A DNA stretch of 63,694 nucleotides, counting the filler, from Octopus bimaculoides (lineage: Eukaryota), in NCBI RefSeq assembly GCF_001194135.2. It is 7 parts of 7 records of this genome, joined end to end, with 100 filler letters (N's around TTAATTAATTAA, not from the genome) between each part and the next. Parts side by side here need not be neighbours in the genome. Positions count along the whole stretch, not along the records: positions 37,442 to 46,907 come from NC_068988.1; positions 47,008 to 54,186 come from NC_068991.1; positions 54,287 to 59,417 come from NC_068987.1; 4 more parts are not named here. One strand, written 5' to 3'. The notes under the pieces are model-generated. The model was not told where the DNA came from. It ran no database searches and was given only the letters and a program-made list of their open reading frames with translations. Below, one piece after another: positions 40,853-54,865 of this stretch (positions within the stretch are counted from its first letter, which is position 1; each line of letters opens with the position of its first letter). A program made the position numbers and the translations under genes.

Positions 40853-43662
40853 NNNNNNNNNNNNNNNNNNNNNNNNNNNNNNNNNNNNNNNNNNNNNNNN
40901 NNNNNNNNNNNNNNNNNNNNNNNNNNNNNNNNNNNNNNNNNNNNNNNNNNNNNNNNNNNNNNNNNNNNNNNNNNNNNNNNNNNNNNNNNNNNNNNNNNNN
41001 NNNNNNNNNNNNNNNNNNNNNNNNNNNNNNNNNNNNNNNNNNNNNNNNNNNNNNNNNNNNNNNNNNNNNNNNNNNNNNNNNNNNNNNNNNNNNNNNNNNN
41101 NNNNNNNNNNNNNNNNNNNNNNNNNNNNNNNNNNNNNNNNNNNNNNNNNNNNNNNNNNNNNNNNNNNNNNNNNNNNNNNNNNNNNNNNNNNNNNNNNNNN
41201 NNNNNNNNNNNNNNNNNNNNNNNNNNNNNNNNNNNNNNNNNNNNNNNNNNNNNNNNNNNNNNNNNNNNNNNNNNNNNNNNNNNNNNNNNNNNNNNNNNNN
41301 NNNNNNNNNNNNNNNNNNNNNNNNNNNNNNNNNNNNNNNNNNNNNNNNNNNNNNNNNNNNNNNNNNNNNNNNNNNNNNNNNNNNNNNNNNNNNNNNNNNN
41401 NNNNNNNNNNNNNNNNNNNNNNNNNNNNNNNNNNNNNNNNNNNNNNNNNNNNNNNNNNNNNNNNNNNTATATATATATATATATACACACAATACACACA
41501 CACGTATAGTTAGATATACATACATACATAACTTAGGTAAATAATATTTACACATATTTAAACGTGCATTTACAAACACTCACGTGGCCAAACAGTAAAT
41601 ATATTTTTGTGTCTGTGTATATATCTATATTTATATGTGTAGGCGGGGAGTGCCTGTGTGTTCTTCTATGTATGTATGTATGCATGTATGTATGTATGTA
41701 TGTGTGTGTGTGTGTATGTATACAAACATGCTCATACATATAGTTTTACGTATGTTTTTCGATTTGTCAAATGGTTTACAAATTAGTGTTGAATAGTCTT
41801 TATTTTTGAGAGAGAGAGAAAGAGAAAGAGAAAGAGAGAGAGAGAGGAAGAAAGGAAACAGAAAGATAAGAAAAGAAAAGCAAGTGGAAGTAATGAAAGA
41901 GACTGACAGACTAACATACTGAGAGAGAAAGAGAGAGGGAGGGGTAACTGGCAGGCAGACAAACAGGCAGACAGCCAGCCTGGCAGGTAGACAAGAAACA
42001 GTCAGACAAAAGAGGAAGATTTGGTGATTATGTCAAGAAACAATAAAGTAAACGAAACACATTCTTTACCGCTCGATGAAAGATGTTTTATGTTTAATAA
42101 TAACAACAATAATAACAATAATAATAATAATAATAATAATAACAAGAGAGTGGGATCGGTGCGGAATAGCTATCCTATTAGCTTCATTCTCTTCTCAAAG
42201 TTCTGTCGACGAACATTAACAAACGAACCATACATTTTTTTTTTATATCCAGACGGTCACGTGATGCATGCTGAGAAACAAAATGGTGGACTTCAGGTGT
42301 GTGTTTGTTTGTTTGTATGTGTACATATCTATATCTATCTCTATCTATCTGTATGTATGTATGTATGTATGTATGTATGTATGTATGTATCTATCTATCT
42401 ATCTATATCTACAAAGCTGAATAGACACATATACACACACATATATATATACATATATGACGTCACCATATATATATATATGTACACATATATTTTTATA
42501 TGTATACTATCTGTGTACATATCAATCTATTTACACACTCACACACACACACACACATACATGCATACATATAAGATAGCAACAATAACAAACAAGAGCA
42601 ATAAAGAGAATATTATCAAACCTGCTTCTCTTTATCAAGCTACATTGGAAAACGCGCGTGCGCGCACACACACACTCACGCACACAGAGACATGCGCGCG
42701 CTCACAAATGAAACAAAAAAAAGATAATTAAAAAAAACAAAGAAAAAAGGAAAAAAATACACCCTCATTCCGAAGACTCATTCATCCTGATATGAAATTG
42801 CTTGAATGAATATATGAATGGTCTGAATTGTAAGTCCCCATCACTAATTCTTACTGAACCCTTTATAAGCCTCTCTTGATCCGTTAGGGGTCTCATAGGG
42901 AGTGTTGTAAAAAAAAACATCCACCACCACCACCATCATCAATATCGCCACCATCACCACCAACTCTGCAGAAATATCGATAAAAAAAACAACATGGTGG
43001 AATACTGGACAATCGTTAGTTTGTTTAACACTCCAATATAAAGCGGAGTGAGTTTTGGGTTGGGTTTTTTTTTCGGTTGGCTGCTATTTTTTTTATTCTC
43101 CATTTTGTTTTTTTAGGGTTCTTTTTGTATGCCCAGCTGTCATATTGTTCGCTTCACTTTATTACAGTTACCACAAACACAACTCATCCATCACCTAATA
43201 CATAGAGCAACTATTACGACGGTATGGTCCAAAGTTTCGCCTTAACATTTACAACTATAATTACAATCACTATTGCTTCTATAACCCTAACCCTAATCCT
43301 GTTTCGAAGTTGTTTGTTATCTTTTTCGTTATTCGTTACATGTTTTAGTCACATGTGGCTATATTGTCATGCGGCCATGCGGCAATGCGCCCATGCACCC
43401 GTGCGGCCATGTGTCCATGCTAGGGCATTGTCTTGAAGGGCTTTTAGCCGAACAAATCACCCCCAGTACTTCTTTTTTCCAAACTCTGGTACTTATTTTA
43501 TCGGCCTTTTTTGTGTAATCGCTAAGGTTATGGCGACATACATAAACCAAAACCGGTTTTGAAGCGATGATGCGGGACAAACATAATCACAAACATGCAC
43601 ACAGACATACACATATATGTATATAGATATGCATGTCTATGCGTATATACACGCACACATAC

Positions 43663-43733
<71 letters not shown>

Positions 43734-43962
43734 TATATATATCATGTATATATATATATACATACACACACATATAGCAATTAGAAAATGGAGGAGAATA
43801 TGCGGTATCCATCGACTTGCAGACAGTGTATTCCGTTGAATTAATTAATCTATTTTGTAACTAAAATGACAAAAACCACAATATACAAATGCTTATGACA
43901 TACCATGTTATATTAACAATCATGGTTACAAATGTAAAGTACATTATGAATTTGAGAGTATA

Positions 43963-44097
43963 CAGAAACTTACAGCTGTTTCGGCCTAGCGTTGGCATGC
44001 CCCATTCTATCCGAATAGCTCCTGCGTGCCGGAATAATTTGCAGATGAAGTGTTGAAATGGGGGTACATGCATGATTCACTAGGCCTCTTCAGAGAT
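43963..44097 (-). ncRNA. Minimal type-I hammerhead ribozyme motif (Penelope pLTR-like)
   Basis: Minus strand: GAAUCU-CUGAAGA-GGCCUAG...CUAGGCC-GAAAC-AGCU-GUA^AGUUUC. The core boxes are intact, stem II is a perfect 7 bp, stem III has a palindromic AGCU loop, and stem I pairs 5/6. Confidence 0.7.
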
Positions 44098-44229
44098 TCA
44101 CAAAAATTCAACACAAATATGAAGTAAAAAATAAAAATAAAAATAAAATAGAAATAAAAATAAGAATAAAGTAAAAATAAAAATAATAATAAATAAATGA
44201 AAAATGAAAATATAAAAATATAAGGCACA

Positions 44230-44345
44230 TAAAAAGCCTACAAACAGTGTATGACCTTATATACTGTTTGTAGGCTTTTTATTGACTTAACAACCGGTGT
44301 TTGTAGGCTTAACAACCGGTGTTTGTAGGCTTAACAACCGGTGTT
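44230..44345. repeat. 23-bp-arm hairpin followed by a 22-bp tandem repeat (x~2.8)
   Basis: taaaaagcctacaaacagtgtat-gacctt-atatactgtttgtaggcttttta, then (cttaacaaccggtgtttgtagg)n. Confidence 0.85.
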
Positions 44346-44749
44346 GACTTGTTTACGTCCCGTATCGTATTCGTTCGATTAAATTCTTTCAAAGTGGTGC
44401 CCCAGCATAGTCGCAGTCCAATGACTGAAACATGTAATAGATAAAAGATATCCACATTATACCATGTATTTTTTTCACTGAAGCCATTGGCTACATATAA
44501 ACGGCTAACAGAACATAGGCTACATAAGATGGCCTACAGAACATTGGCTACATATAGAAGGCCTGTAGAACATAGGCCATTGATGACTGTTCGTCACTCT
44601 TCTCAGCTCTGAAAGTCGAAGTTGACTTTGGTTTGAGAATAAAAATTCAACCATTTAAATGCAAGAAAATAACACTTTTAAAGTACATGCAAATACAGAA
44701 CGCATCAAAAAATGGTGAAAGCAAAATGCATTATGAAATTACTTCTAAG

Positions 44750-44945
44750 TTCTTCACTCCCTACGGTGTATAGGCCAAGTATTGAGAGAAAGCTGTGTTG
44801 CTATTTCCAGCAAATTAAATGCTTTCTCATTAGCCTGAAACTCATTTGCTGAAAACAGAAGAAGCAGCTCCCTGAACTTCATCCACTCCTTCCCTTGTCT
44901 TACTCTAGCAGTAATTCTCTTGTCATAGTTGTCTGTTCTCAACTC
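44750..44945 (-). mobile_element. RTE-clade LINE fragment (post-RT region)
   Basis: RITARVRQGKEWMKFRELLLLF resembles the RTE motif IxARIxxGWxKFRELLPLL. Confidence 0.55.
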
Positions 44946-46247
44946 TGAAATATCTTTCTTTGCTTCTCTCCTCTCTCAGATCTTGGATTTTGATTTGTCA
45001 TTGCCGCTTCTCTAACTTCTTTTTTTTTTTTTTTTTAGGCATGGGTATTGGCCCTCTGCAAACTCATTTTCACCATTTCGGAAGAGTTGATCCGCATTAG
45101 TCTAGCCTCTGTCCTTCAACCTGTCTTACATGGGAGGACCTACCCGGTGCTTGTGCTCCGCTAGCATATCCCTCTAGGCTATTGAGGCACACAAACCAAC
45201 ATACCACAACACACCACCATATGGTGGATGTTTTTCTGGAACTTACCAATAATTAATGAAGTCTCGAAATTATCTTTTAGTTGACTCAAATACATAAAAT
45301 CCTAATTTCGTTCTTCAAAGGACAATGCGATAGTAGCAACTGGGTAGATTACGATAAAATGATAGAATGAAAACTGGACGAAAGAAGTTATAATTACTGC
45401 ATATACCATTAATAATGTCGAATAAGCCCTCAGCGCTACCTGATCAGTCGATAGAATGCATGCATTTTGAGGGTTATCTCCTCTTTAGTCACATAAACCG
45501 GACTAGGAGGCGCTGCGAGCTGACACGGGCAACGGTATCTCTCATGATATTCACACACACGTACACACATCACGTGCTTCCACACAGTTTCCGTCTAGGA
45601 AATTTTCTCTCACAAGGCATTGATCGGCCCGGAGCTACAATGGAAGACACTTGCCTAAGGCACAACACAGTGGAGCTGAACCCGGAACCATGTAGTTGCA
45701 AAACGAGATTCTTAACCACACAACCACGTCCATATTTTCTCCACTTGTAATAACTGATAATGCTATTTTTGTTGTTGTTAATGTTTTTGTTTTTGTAGCA
45801 ATTGATGTTGTTTACGTAGGTGTTGTTGTTGTTGTCCTAGTTTTTGGTGTTGTTTCATTTGACATTACAGTGGTATTTAATATCAAGGATTCTCTCTCTC
45901 CATCCAGACAGATGACTTAACGGACAAATATGCCCCGAGATTTCGAGCCTGCGTCCTTACGGACGCTCTCTGGCCAGAGTCACTCAAGTGTGGACTATAA
46001 AAACCGACATACACCCTCTTCTCCCCCCTCCCAACCCTCCTTCCAACCCCCTCCGCCACATTCTTCACTCATCATATATATTAAACATAACGCTTATTTC
46101 ACTCACACCTACAAAAAAAAATTCAAAAATGAGGTCACTATACACTACTGTCCATTTCTTTACGGTTCACCGGACTCATCAAANNNNNNNNNNNNNNNNN
46201 NNNNNNNNNNNNNNNNNNNNNNNNNNNNNNNNNNNNNNNNNNNNNNN

Positions 46248-46291
<44 letters not shown>

Positions 46292-46826
46292 ATTGATGGT
46301 GGAGAGGGTAGCTGCATTGGGTATGTAGATAAGGTGTCAATATTCTTAGCCGAGTCATTTTTTTTAGTTCTGGGTTCGTGTCACATCATTAACGCTGATC
46401 TGTGTCCTGTCAAATACGATCCATCTCATTCCTACCTCCCATTACCTGACAGCAGAATTCGTGGAGGGCGTGGTAATGTATTAGCATTGTACTACTCCCT
46501 GGTCAGCTCTGATTGATCATGTGTATTATCAAAATCGTTCCACTCACGCCCATCACGTTATGCATTTCTTTTTTATCCTGAATTAGTATATCTAGGAACA
46601 CATTAAGAATATGCTATGACCTGGTAGTTACTTGTTAGGGCGTTTGATAGAATGTCTTATGGCAATACTTCTCAAATTTTTGAAAGGGACATGCCTGTGG
46701 GATTAATAAGCTGGCGTGACAACTACTGGGTTTCGGGTTCAGTCCCACGGTGCGGCACTATAACCACAGGCCAACCAATACCTGAAGAGTGAATTTGGTA
46801 GACGGAGAGCATGTGGATACCCCTCG

Positions 46827-46907
<81 letters not shown>

Positions 46908-47136
46908 NNNNNNNNNNNNNNNNNNNNNNNNNNNNNNNNNNNNNNNNNNNNTTAATTAATTAANNNNNNNNNNNNNNNNNNNNNNNNNNNNNNNNNNNNN
47001 NNNNNNNGTGTGTGTCTTAGGTATTTCTTTAATAACGATTCCAATTTATAATGTTCAAAACGATTTATGACCGTCCCTTATAAAAACTACTTCCTCGTGT
47101 TTCATGGATTGTAATAACGTGAGTAGTCGACAGAAA

Positions 47137-47234
<98 letters not shown>

Positions 47235-47590
47235 GCTGTTGTAATATAAACGGTTTTTCGACGTGAAGATAAATCAAAAGTCAAAACTGTATGAGATAGG
47301 GGGATGGGAAGAGAGAAATGCTTTTATTTTTTTTTTAATTTCATAAAATCAAATTGTATTAAGAAAACAACACGTTAAGTTGAAAATCTGCATTGAGTTA
47401 TCACGTTTTTTAATGCAAATCTATACTTGCAAACACACACGTATACGAACTTAAAACATACATGGATACATGCACGCATATATATATATACATGTATACA
47501 CGTGCATACATGTATATATACACGTGTATACATATATATATATGTATATATATGCATATAGATAGATAGATTGATAGATACATACATACA

Positions 47591-47621
<31 letters not shown>

Positions 47622-48967
47622 TCATATTCATAAATATAAGCAAAAATGGCTGAAATGTACCATTAATATTAAAACAATTGTTGTAATCTTTTTAGAAAGA
47701 TTAAAAAACATAAAACAGGTGTAGTATTTCATTTAGATATGTTAAATTTGTTTACTTTATATTCCAACCGATGTATGTATATATACAAAGAAAATATTGC
47801 TAGAGATTTTTTAAAATTATAGTTCATTACTCATCATCAGACTGTGGTTTACTTTGATCTTTCTATCTTTATATGTGGAGTAATGCAACTGGTTGCATAG
47901 AAATATGTGGAGAGAAAAGGATCGAAAGAACGTGTATATTTGTATGCTGTGAATGAAGAGGAAGATGTAGTGGAGACAGTTTCTCTGGTTTGATAAAATA
48001 AGTTTGTTATTGGTTTCAGTCAGGGATATTTGTAAAGGAGAAAATTTCTATAGAGGTTCGTGTAGCAATTGTATTTTAATCAGGTCACATTCTGTGTTGG
48101 TTGAAGTTTGCACTGTGAGTAATCAAAGTCCTTTGTATATAGGATAGTGTTGTGATAGTTTGAGGTTCATGAAAAATGTGTATAGATAATACCGGTTCAA
48201 TTTGTCACGGAGCATAGGTCAGAAAGAGAGATCAAAGCTGGAAGTTTTCTTTCGAGAAATTTTGAACTCGGTAGTTTTTAAAAGATTGGTATTGGTTATG
48301 TTACTATAAGTGGAGAAATATGTTTGAAAATATGTGTCTGTCTATAACTAAAAATACGAAATCTCGAGATAATAAATATCTCGCTTTGATAATAAAGGAG
48401 GAAGTTAGGTTCGAAGTTTAACAGGAAATGATGAAGGTGAAGTTTACAGAAGTTTGGATAAAATAAAATGTAGACTGCATATGTTTAAATCAACAAATAT
48501 GCTTTATTCCTGTTCAGTTGAATAAATCGATTATGAGGGATCGATACCAATGAAGTTGTTACTAAGATCAAAGAATAATAATGAGTGTCCGCCTATTGGT
48601 TTTGTAAAGAACTAAAGTTTGCAACAAAATATTCACAATACAATATAACAATTTAGTAGTTGGCACAAACACGAAACAAGGAAGAGCATGACACGGGCAT
48701 CGAACAGCGTCCGTGGAATGTTTGTGACAGCGTGTATGTATCGGTGTGTTTGCGTATCTAACATAACGTGCAAATGCAAATATATATATTTANNNNNNNN
48801 NNNNNNNNNNNNNNNNNNNNNNNNNNNNNNNNNNNNNNNNNNNNNNNNNNNNNNNNNNNNNNNNNNNNNNNNNNNNNNNNNNNNNNNNNNNNNNNNNNNN
48901 NNNNNNNNNNNNNNNNNNNNNNNNNNNNNNNNNNNNNNNNNNNNNNNNNNNNNNNNNNNNNNNNNNN

Positions 48968-49031
<64 letters not shown>

Positions 49032-49479
49032 ACACACACACGCATGCTTTTTTCTCCTTAAGCCACACGCATAGACTACACACATATGCTCGCTGCCAGA
49101 TACACATTCGTACATTATGCAGCCGAATTAGTATTTTTGGTAGACTCTAAAGTGAAGTTATTGAAAAGCTTTCTGAATTAACCAGTTGCAACTATTCAAA
49201 AATACCCAGTTGTTGTCCGCTCCGTTGATTGGCATTTAACATCAATTTCTACGTAGAATAAACCTTGACCAATCCAACTGCATTTTAGTAGTCTTAGTTT
49301 CCTCACTGTGATTGTAATGAAGTACACTTAAACTGGTGTATAGTGACTAAACAAGGTTGAATTAATTAGGAGCCGAGATTCTGAAATAGTTATGTATAGA
49401 ATTATCATACATTCCGATTTGATTGGAATTATCTTGGTTTAAAGAAGTGGTTCTAGCGTTCTGGCATTTGAAATTTTGT

Positions 49480-50570
49480 TCCGGATTTTCGGAAATCTGA
49501 GAAAGAGTTTTCCTGGGCACGCAGAACAGTAATAACACCAAACAATAGCGTACCTATTCATTATTATCCCTTTCAGCCCTGACCTCCTGAACCTTTTTTT
49601 GACCATATACCTGGCTTCCAGATGTGCTCCATCGACAGAGCGGTGCTACGGTATAGAGAAAAATAAGCCATCTACCGATAAAAACTGGTATTTTCGATTC
49701 AACAGAGCAATTTCTTCGCAGATGGTGGTGATGAGTAAGACTGCTTGCCATTTCCATAATTGCCAAATGTTTTCAAGTGACTCATTAGGAATGGATCAAA
49801 TTGTGCAATAAGTTCCTTAATTTCCCAAATATTCCGATTGTGCTTATATCTTATGATATCTTCACTACCACTAAATGCCAGGCCTCTCTTAGTTACAAAT
49901 TCTGTCACTGCCACAACACAGTGCAATATTTCCTGTTTTTCTATAATTGTTTTTCCAACTCCTTGTTAACATGAGGACATTCTCTACATAAAACATTGAT
50001 CAGCAACACAGAATCTCTGTGGCCTTGGATTTGTTCATGTGTTTTGATTTTCTCCAATCATTAAAGCCATCCTTGCTGGAAAGTCTGTCATGGTGGCTTG
50101 ACATTAAAGTACAGTAAAAGCAATAAAAGGCAAGGAATAAAAGGCACTTTTTGATGAGATGTACAAGATCCACTTTCTCAAACACTGCTCACCATTGTCA
50201 CAAATAGCATGGATCTTTGAATTTTTAAAATAAAGACGGCGCCCTTCCAGTTTGTCTTCACTTTGTTTTTTGTTTTTTTATAATGGCGTCAAGACTGGGT
50301 TCCGGAAGAACATGGGTACATACTTTTCTCCGACAGAAAACTAAATCATAAGATAGTACTTCGCTGTCCAGTTCAGTAGGATGCGATGATTCTTTATCTT
50401 TAATATCTTAAGTTGATATATTTGTCCTATTCGTTGCAGATGCAGCTGGGAGTCCAGCTAGTTTCTCAAAAGAGACATCAGTTACTGGTTCTTCCTTAGT
50501 TTCTAAGTTTTCCGTTTTTACGAAGCAAAGATTTTTTTCTTCTTTTTTGCAACAGCTGAATATTCAATGA
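49480..50570 (-). mobile_element. hAT transposase remnant (ZMYM1-like, TTF zinc finger plus DUF4371-type region)
   Basis: NGEQCLRKWILY..FYCFYC..DGFNDW; VVAVTEFVTKRGLAFSG..ELIAQFDPFLMSHLKTFGNYGNGKQSY. Heavily frameshifted. Confidence 0.8.
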
Positions 50571-52039
50571 TATGCTGGATATTCTGTGTGAAAATATAAT
50601 TTGAATAAAAACAAAGAGAATATAGTCTCAAAAACAAAACAGGAATTGACAACAACCAACCACGGACATAATGAACCAGACTGTTTACACATATTTCTGA
50701 TATTCTTACATCCGGAAGCTAAGGTAAATCAAATGTTAATGCAAAAGAGTTCAATTGATTAACACCAAATCGAGGATTGATGATTAAGGATTTCTCTTCC
50801 ATTAATTACTTTTCTTCAAAATTATGTTTCACTTTCATGGAGCCTTGAGAACGAAGAAGTAGCATAATCGCTTCAGAAAAATTATGGGTTTGAAAAGGAA
50901 TTGTGTATTTCATGAATCCCTCTAAACTTGAAATAACCCTGTAACCTCGAAAGCGGTTGCTAATGCTTGGTATGCGTCTTTTGGAAATCCTTCACTTTTA
51001 TGTCGGATATCAAACAGTTCAAAAATCATCACATGGTATCTTTGGTGACTAGTGGAGATCACTCTGTCGCGAGCATTCAAGTCGGGTCTCCGATTTGAGG
51101 ACAGCGTTTTCTCTTTCTCCCACTAGCCTTGGGGGTAGGCTCCGTAAAAGGTCGTGGGCACTGCCTGTCTAACCTGACTAAAAAGTTTTAAGAGAAAAAT
51201 GCAGCGTCGCATTCTTTCAATTTTCAGGCATAATTTGAGAGTTTAGTTGCATTCTTGCTTTCTGAGGTTGAAATATTTTCTTTCAGTTACCTTGCACCAT
51301 ACCCACATAAAGTTTACATATTATTTATATTAAGCTGAGATTACTTCTACTTGGTAAATTATTGCTTTAATGCTGAATAATTAACTTAGAAGGTATGCAT
51401 TTGTGTTTCTCCATTTATTTTAATAGATTACTTTTAGATTACTTGTGACAAAGCTATTCATATTGGTTCTACAACTGTGGCTCGATTTTAAACTATTATT
51501 GTTGAATAATTTCTTGTGGTGGTGATTAATGCGAAAATACTTAAGACTAGAAATTTTTAATGATTGATAGATTTAGCATTAATAGAAAAAGAAAGTGTGA
51601 ACCAGATATTATTAGTGTCATTTCTTGTAGCAAAAGATTAGAAGTGTATTTAACATTGTCCTTATATCACATACATGTTAGTGCTTCACTGTAGTATGGT
51701 GGGGCTTTGTCGACCAATTCTTCATTAGATGACATATTCGAAATTCATCTAATATTACTGATTTGATTTTTCAAAACCGTGGGCGAATGGCTAAAATTTA
51801 TATTAATATAAATTTGTCGTAGTTTTGTTCTACAGTTTGTACCTGTATGTAGTGAAGTTGAAAGTAACAACTAAGGAATTTACAATGTTCAGGTTCGTTG
51901 TAACAGCTATTTTCAGACAAAATATTTTCAAGATATTCCACAGTTTACCACATGCATATTTGCAACTTATTGTAATATCGCAAACCCGTTATCTCTATAT
52001 AGGCCTATATCTGTAATAGTGAATATCTTTTAAGTACGT

Positions 52040-52695
52040 TGCAACCTACTCAGTGACCCCACTGGTGCTGATGCCACACAAAAAGCACTCAACACTCTCT
52101 GTAAACCGGTTGGCATTAGCAAGGGCATCAGGCCATAGAAATCATGCCAAAGTAGGAACTCAAAACAGCCCTCTGGATTACCAGTTCCTGTCAAACTGTC
52201 CAACCCATGCCAACATGGACAACAGATGTTAAATGACAATAATGCTAATATTGTGAACATCAAGCTAAGTGAAATCGTGGCCATCCATGCATACAGGCAT
52301 GTCCTCTACATCTCTCTCTCAGCCAAGAGATTCTAGTCATGTGGGTTCATGGGTGCTGGTGCCACATACATGTAACCATACCAGTGCTACATAAAAGCAC
52401 CATGTTGATGCCACATAAAAGCACTTGTGCTGGTTACACAAAGAAGCAATGGTGCCACTGTCACATAAAAGCACCCATGCCAGTTCTACATAGAAGCATC
52501 TGTGCTTGAGTCACGTAAAAGCACCCAATACACTTTGTAAAGTGGTTGGCACTAAGAAGGGCATCCAGCCATAGGAACTATGCTATAGCAGACGAATGGA
52601 GCCCATGCAGCCCTCAAGCTGGCTAGCTCCTGTCAAACCATTCAACCCATGCCAGCATGAATAACAGACATTAAATAATGATGACGATGCTGATG
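52040..52695 (+). mobile_element. Two copies of SINE family D with internal ~22-25-bp subrepeats and a (GAT)n-like tail
   Basis: Both copies (52040-52245 and 52290-52695) share ggttggca(t/c)ta(g/a)(c/g)aagggcatc..cctgtcaaac..caacccatgcca.catg..ttaaat. The second has ~7 cacataaaagcac units. Confidence 0.8.
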
Positions 52696-53453
52696 ATGTG
52701 TTTATATACATATTCACGCACACACATATATATACATATATATTTACATATGTTGGTGTTGACAATATGTAATTTATAGATTGTATAGAATATAGTTTCA
52801 TCCTTCAATATAATCATTTCTACAGTTGCGGATAATAATTAGCAGTTTCTTTCTGTTACTACGCTTCCCCAGTCTCCAAGAGGTCCTACAAAAATGTCGC
52901 TTCTATTTTGACTAAGCTATACAAAGAAACACACATCAAACAAATAAAAATTAAATATAGAAAGCTTGGACAAAAAAAAAAGAAAGAAAAATATATATAA
53001 AAAAAAAATAATGGTAGAAAACATTTTATTTTGAATTGAAAAACAAATAAATAAAGATAATAATAATGATAATAATAAATCATCTTTTATCAATTATTTC
53101 TTTTTATTTTTACATTCTAATTTGGATGTAGTTTCAATTTTACATAAAAATGAAAAAAAAAAAAATGAGAGGAAAAAAAGTAAATATATTTTACAGTGTT
53201 TCAAAAAGTCACGAAGTCATTCATGTANNNNNNNNNNNNNNNNNNNNNNNNNNNNNNNNNNNNNNNNNNNNNNNNNNNNNNNNNNNNNNNNNNNNNNNNN
53301 NNNNNNNNNNNNNNNNNNNNNNNNNNNNNNNNNNNNNNNNNNNNNNNNNNNNNNNNNNNNNNNNNNNNNNNNNNNNNNNNNNNNNNNNNNNNNNNNNNNN
53401 NNNNNNNNNNNNNNNNNNNNNNNNNNNNNNNNNNNNNNNNNNNNNNNNNNNNN

Positions 53454-53510
<57 letters not shown>

Positions 53511-54500
53511 AACATTCAGACAAACAGACAGACACAGATATACATACATATACACATATATATATATATATATTGCCTATTTTATTCACCAGGTAATTAG
53601 AAATCAAAAGGCAAGTTTTAGAATTTTAAAAAAATGATAATAATATTAATAATAATATTAATAATAATGACACTCTGCTTTCTTTCACTACTATTTTGTA
53701 TACACTTCTTCGTATTCTTCTTCTCAGCCATCCATCCATCCATATTCTAGACATGTGGAATTCAAAAAGTCTCAGAATGCAATTCTACCAAGGCAACCTA
53801 TTCCACAAATGTCCTTTATTTTGTTTTTATTTCATTTTATTGTTTTTATTATTTGGTAAAAGAAAGTTTCACCATTTCAAAAAAAAAAAAAAAAAAAAAA
53901 AAAAGCTATCTTGATATATGTACATACATAAAACATACTTTTATACATTTATATACACATACAATACATATATGTGTGTGTGTGTGTGTAGATATATATA
54001 TAGTATAATATATATACATATATTATATATATATATGTGTGTCTAGATATATATATAATATATATATAGGGTATATATAATATATTTAAAATATGTGTTA
54101 TATATTTATACAAATTAATATATAATATACACATAATATATATATATGTATACAAATGTACAAATTATATATATATATATATATATNNNNNNNNNNNNNN
54201 NNNNNNNNNNNNNNNNNNNNNNNNNNNNNNTTAATTAATTAANNNNNNNNNNNNNNNNNNNNNNNNNNNNNNNNNNNNNNNNNNNNGCGTGTGTTATTGT
54301 GTGTGTGCATGTGTGTGTGTATATCTGTGTACGTCTACACTGTCTGCGTCTACACTTATGCTGCTGCAAGCGACTATTAATACATATATTACAAAACAAT
54401 GTTTTCCTTAGCAACCAATGAAATTTGCATGTTCCTGACGTGAAGAATGAGGTTACAGCATATTTGTGAAGATATAATTAAACGAAAAGTGCAAGAGTAC

Positions 54501-54556
<56 letters not shown>

Positions 54557-54865
54557 CACACAAACAGCAAATGTGAAGGTAAGTAAGAGATGTGAATAAG
54601 GAAGTGAATCGACAATTATTGCTACAACAGAGATATTATATATCCATATAATAGCGAAGCCAGTTTCTCGAAATTACAGAATCTCTGTGAAAGCGATTGT
54701 TCGAACAGTTACCAAATGCTCTCCACTTATTAACTGATGCCGTATAAGAATGAATTTTGAGAATATACATTTAGTTGCCCAAAGGAACCATATGAATGGA
54801 ACAATTTGCAATAAAGTTTAATATGGTCAAATTTGACGCTATTTAGAATCAACACCAACATTTGA

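Noticed and set aside
46150-46183. TGATGAG-like hammerhead box on the minus strand
   Set aside because: The first core base is mismatched and there is no correctly placed GAAA after a stem II.
47780-48620. Possible second Penelope-like RT remnant with a decayed CTGATGA box on the minus strand
   Set aside because: Only a frameshifted FTNIP/ETI-like hint; the hammerhead GAAA box is not intact.
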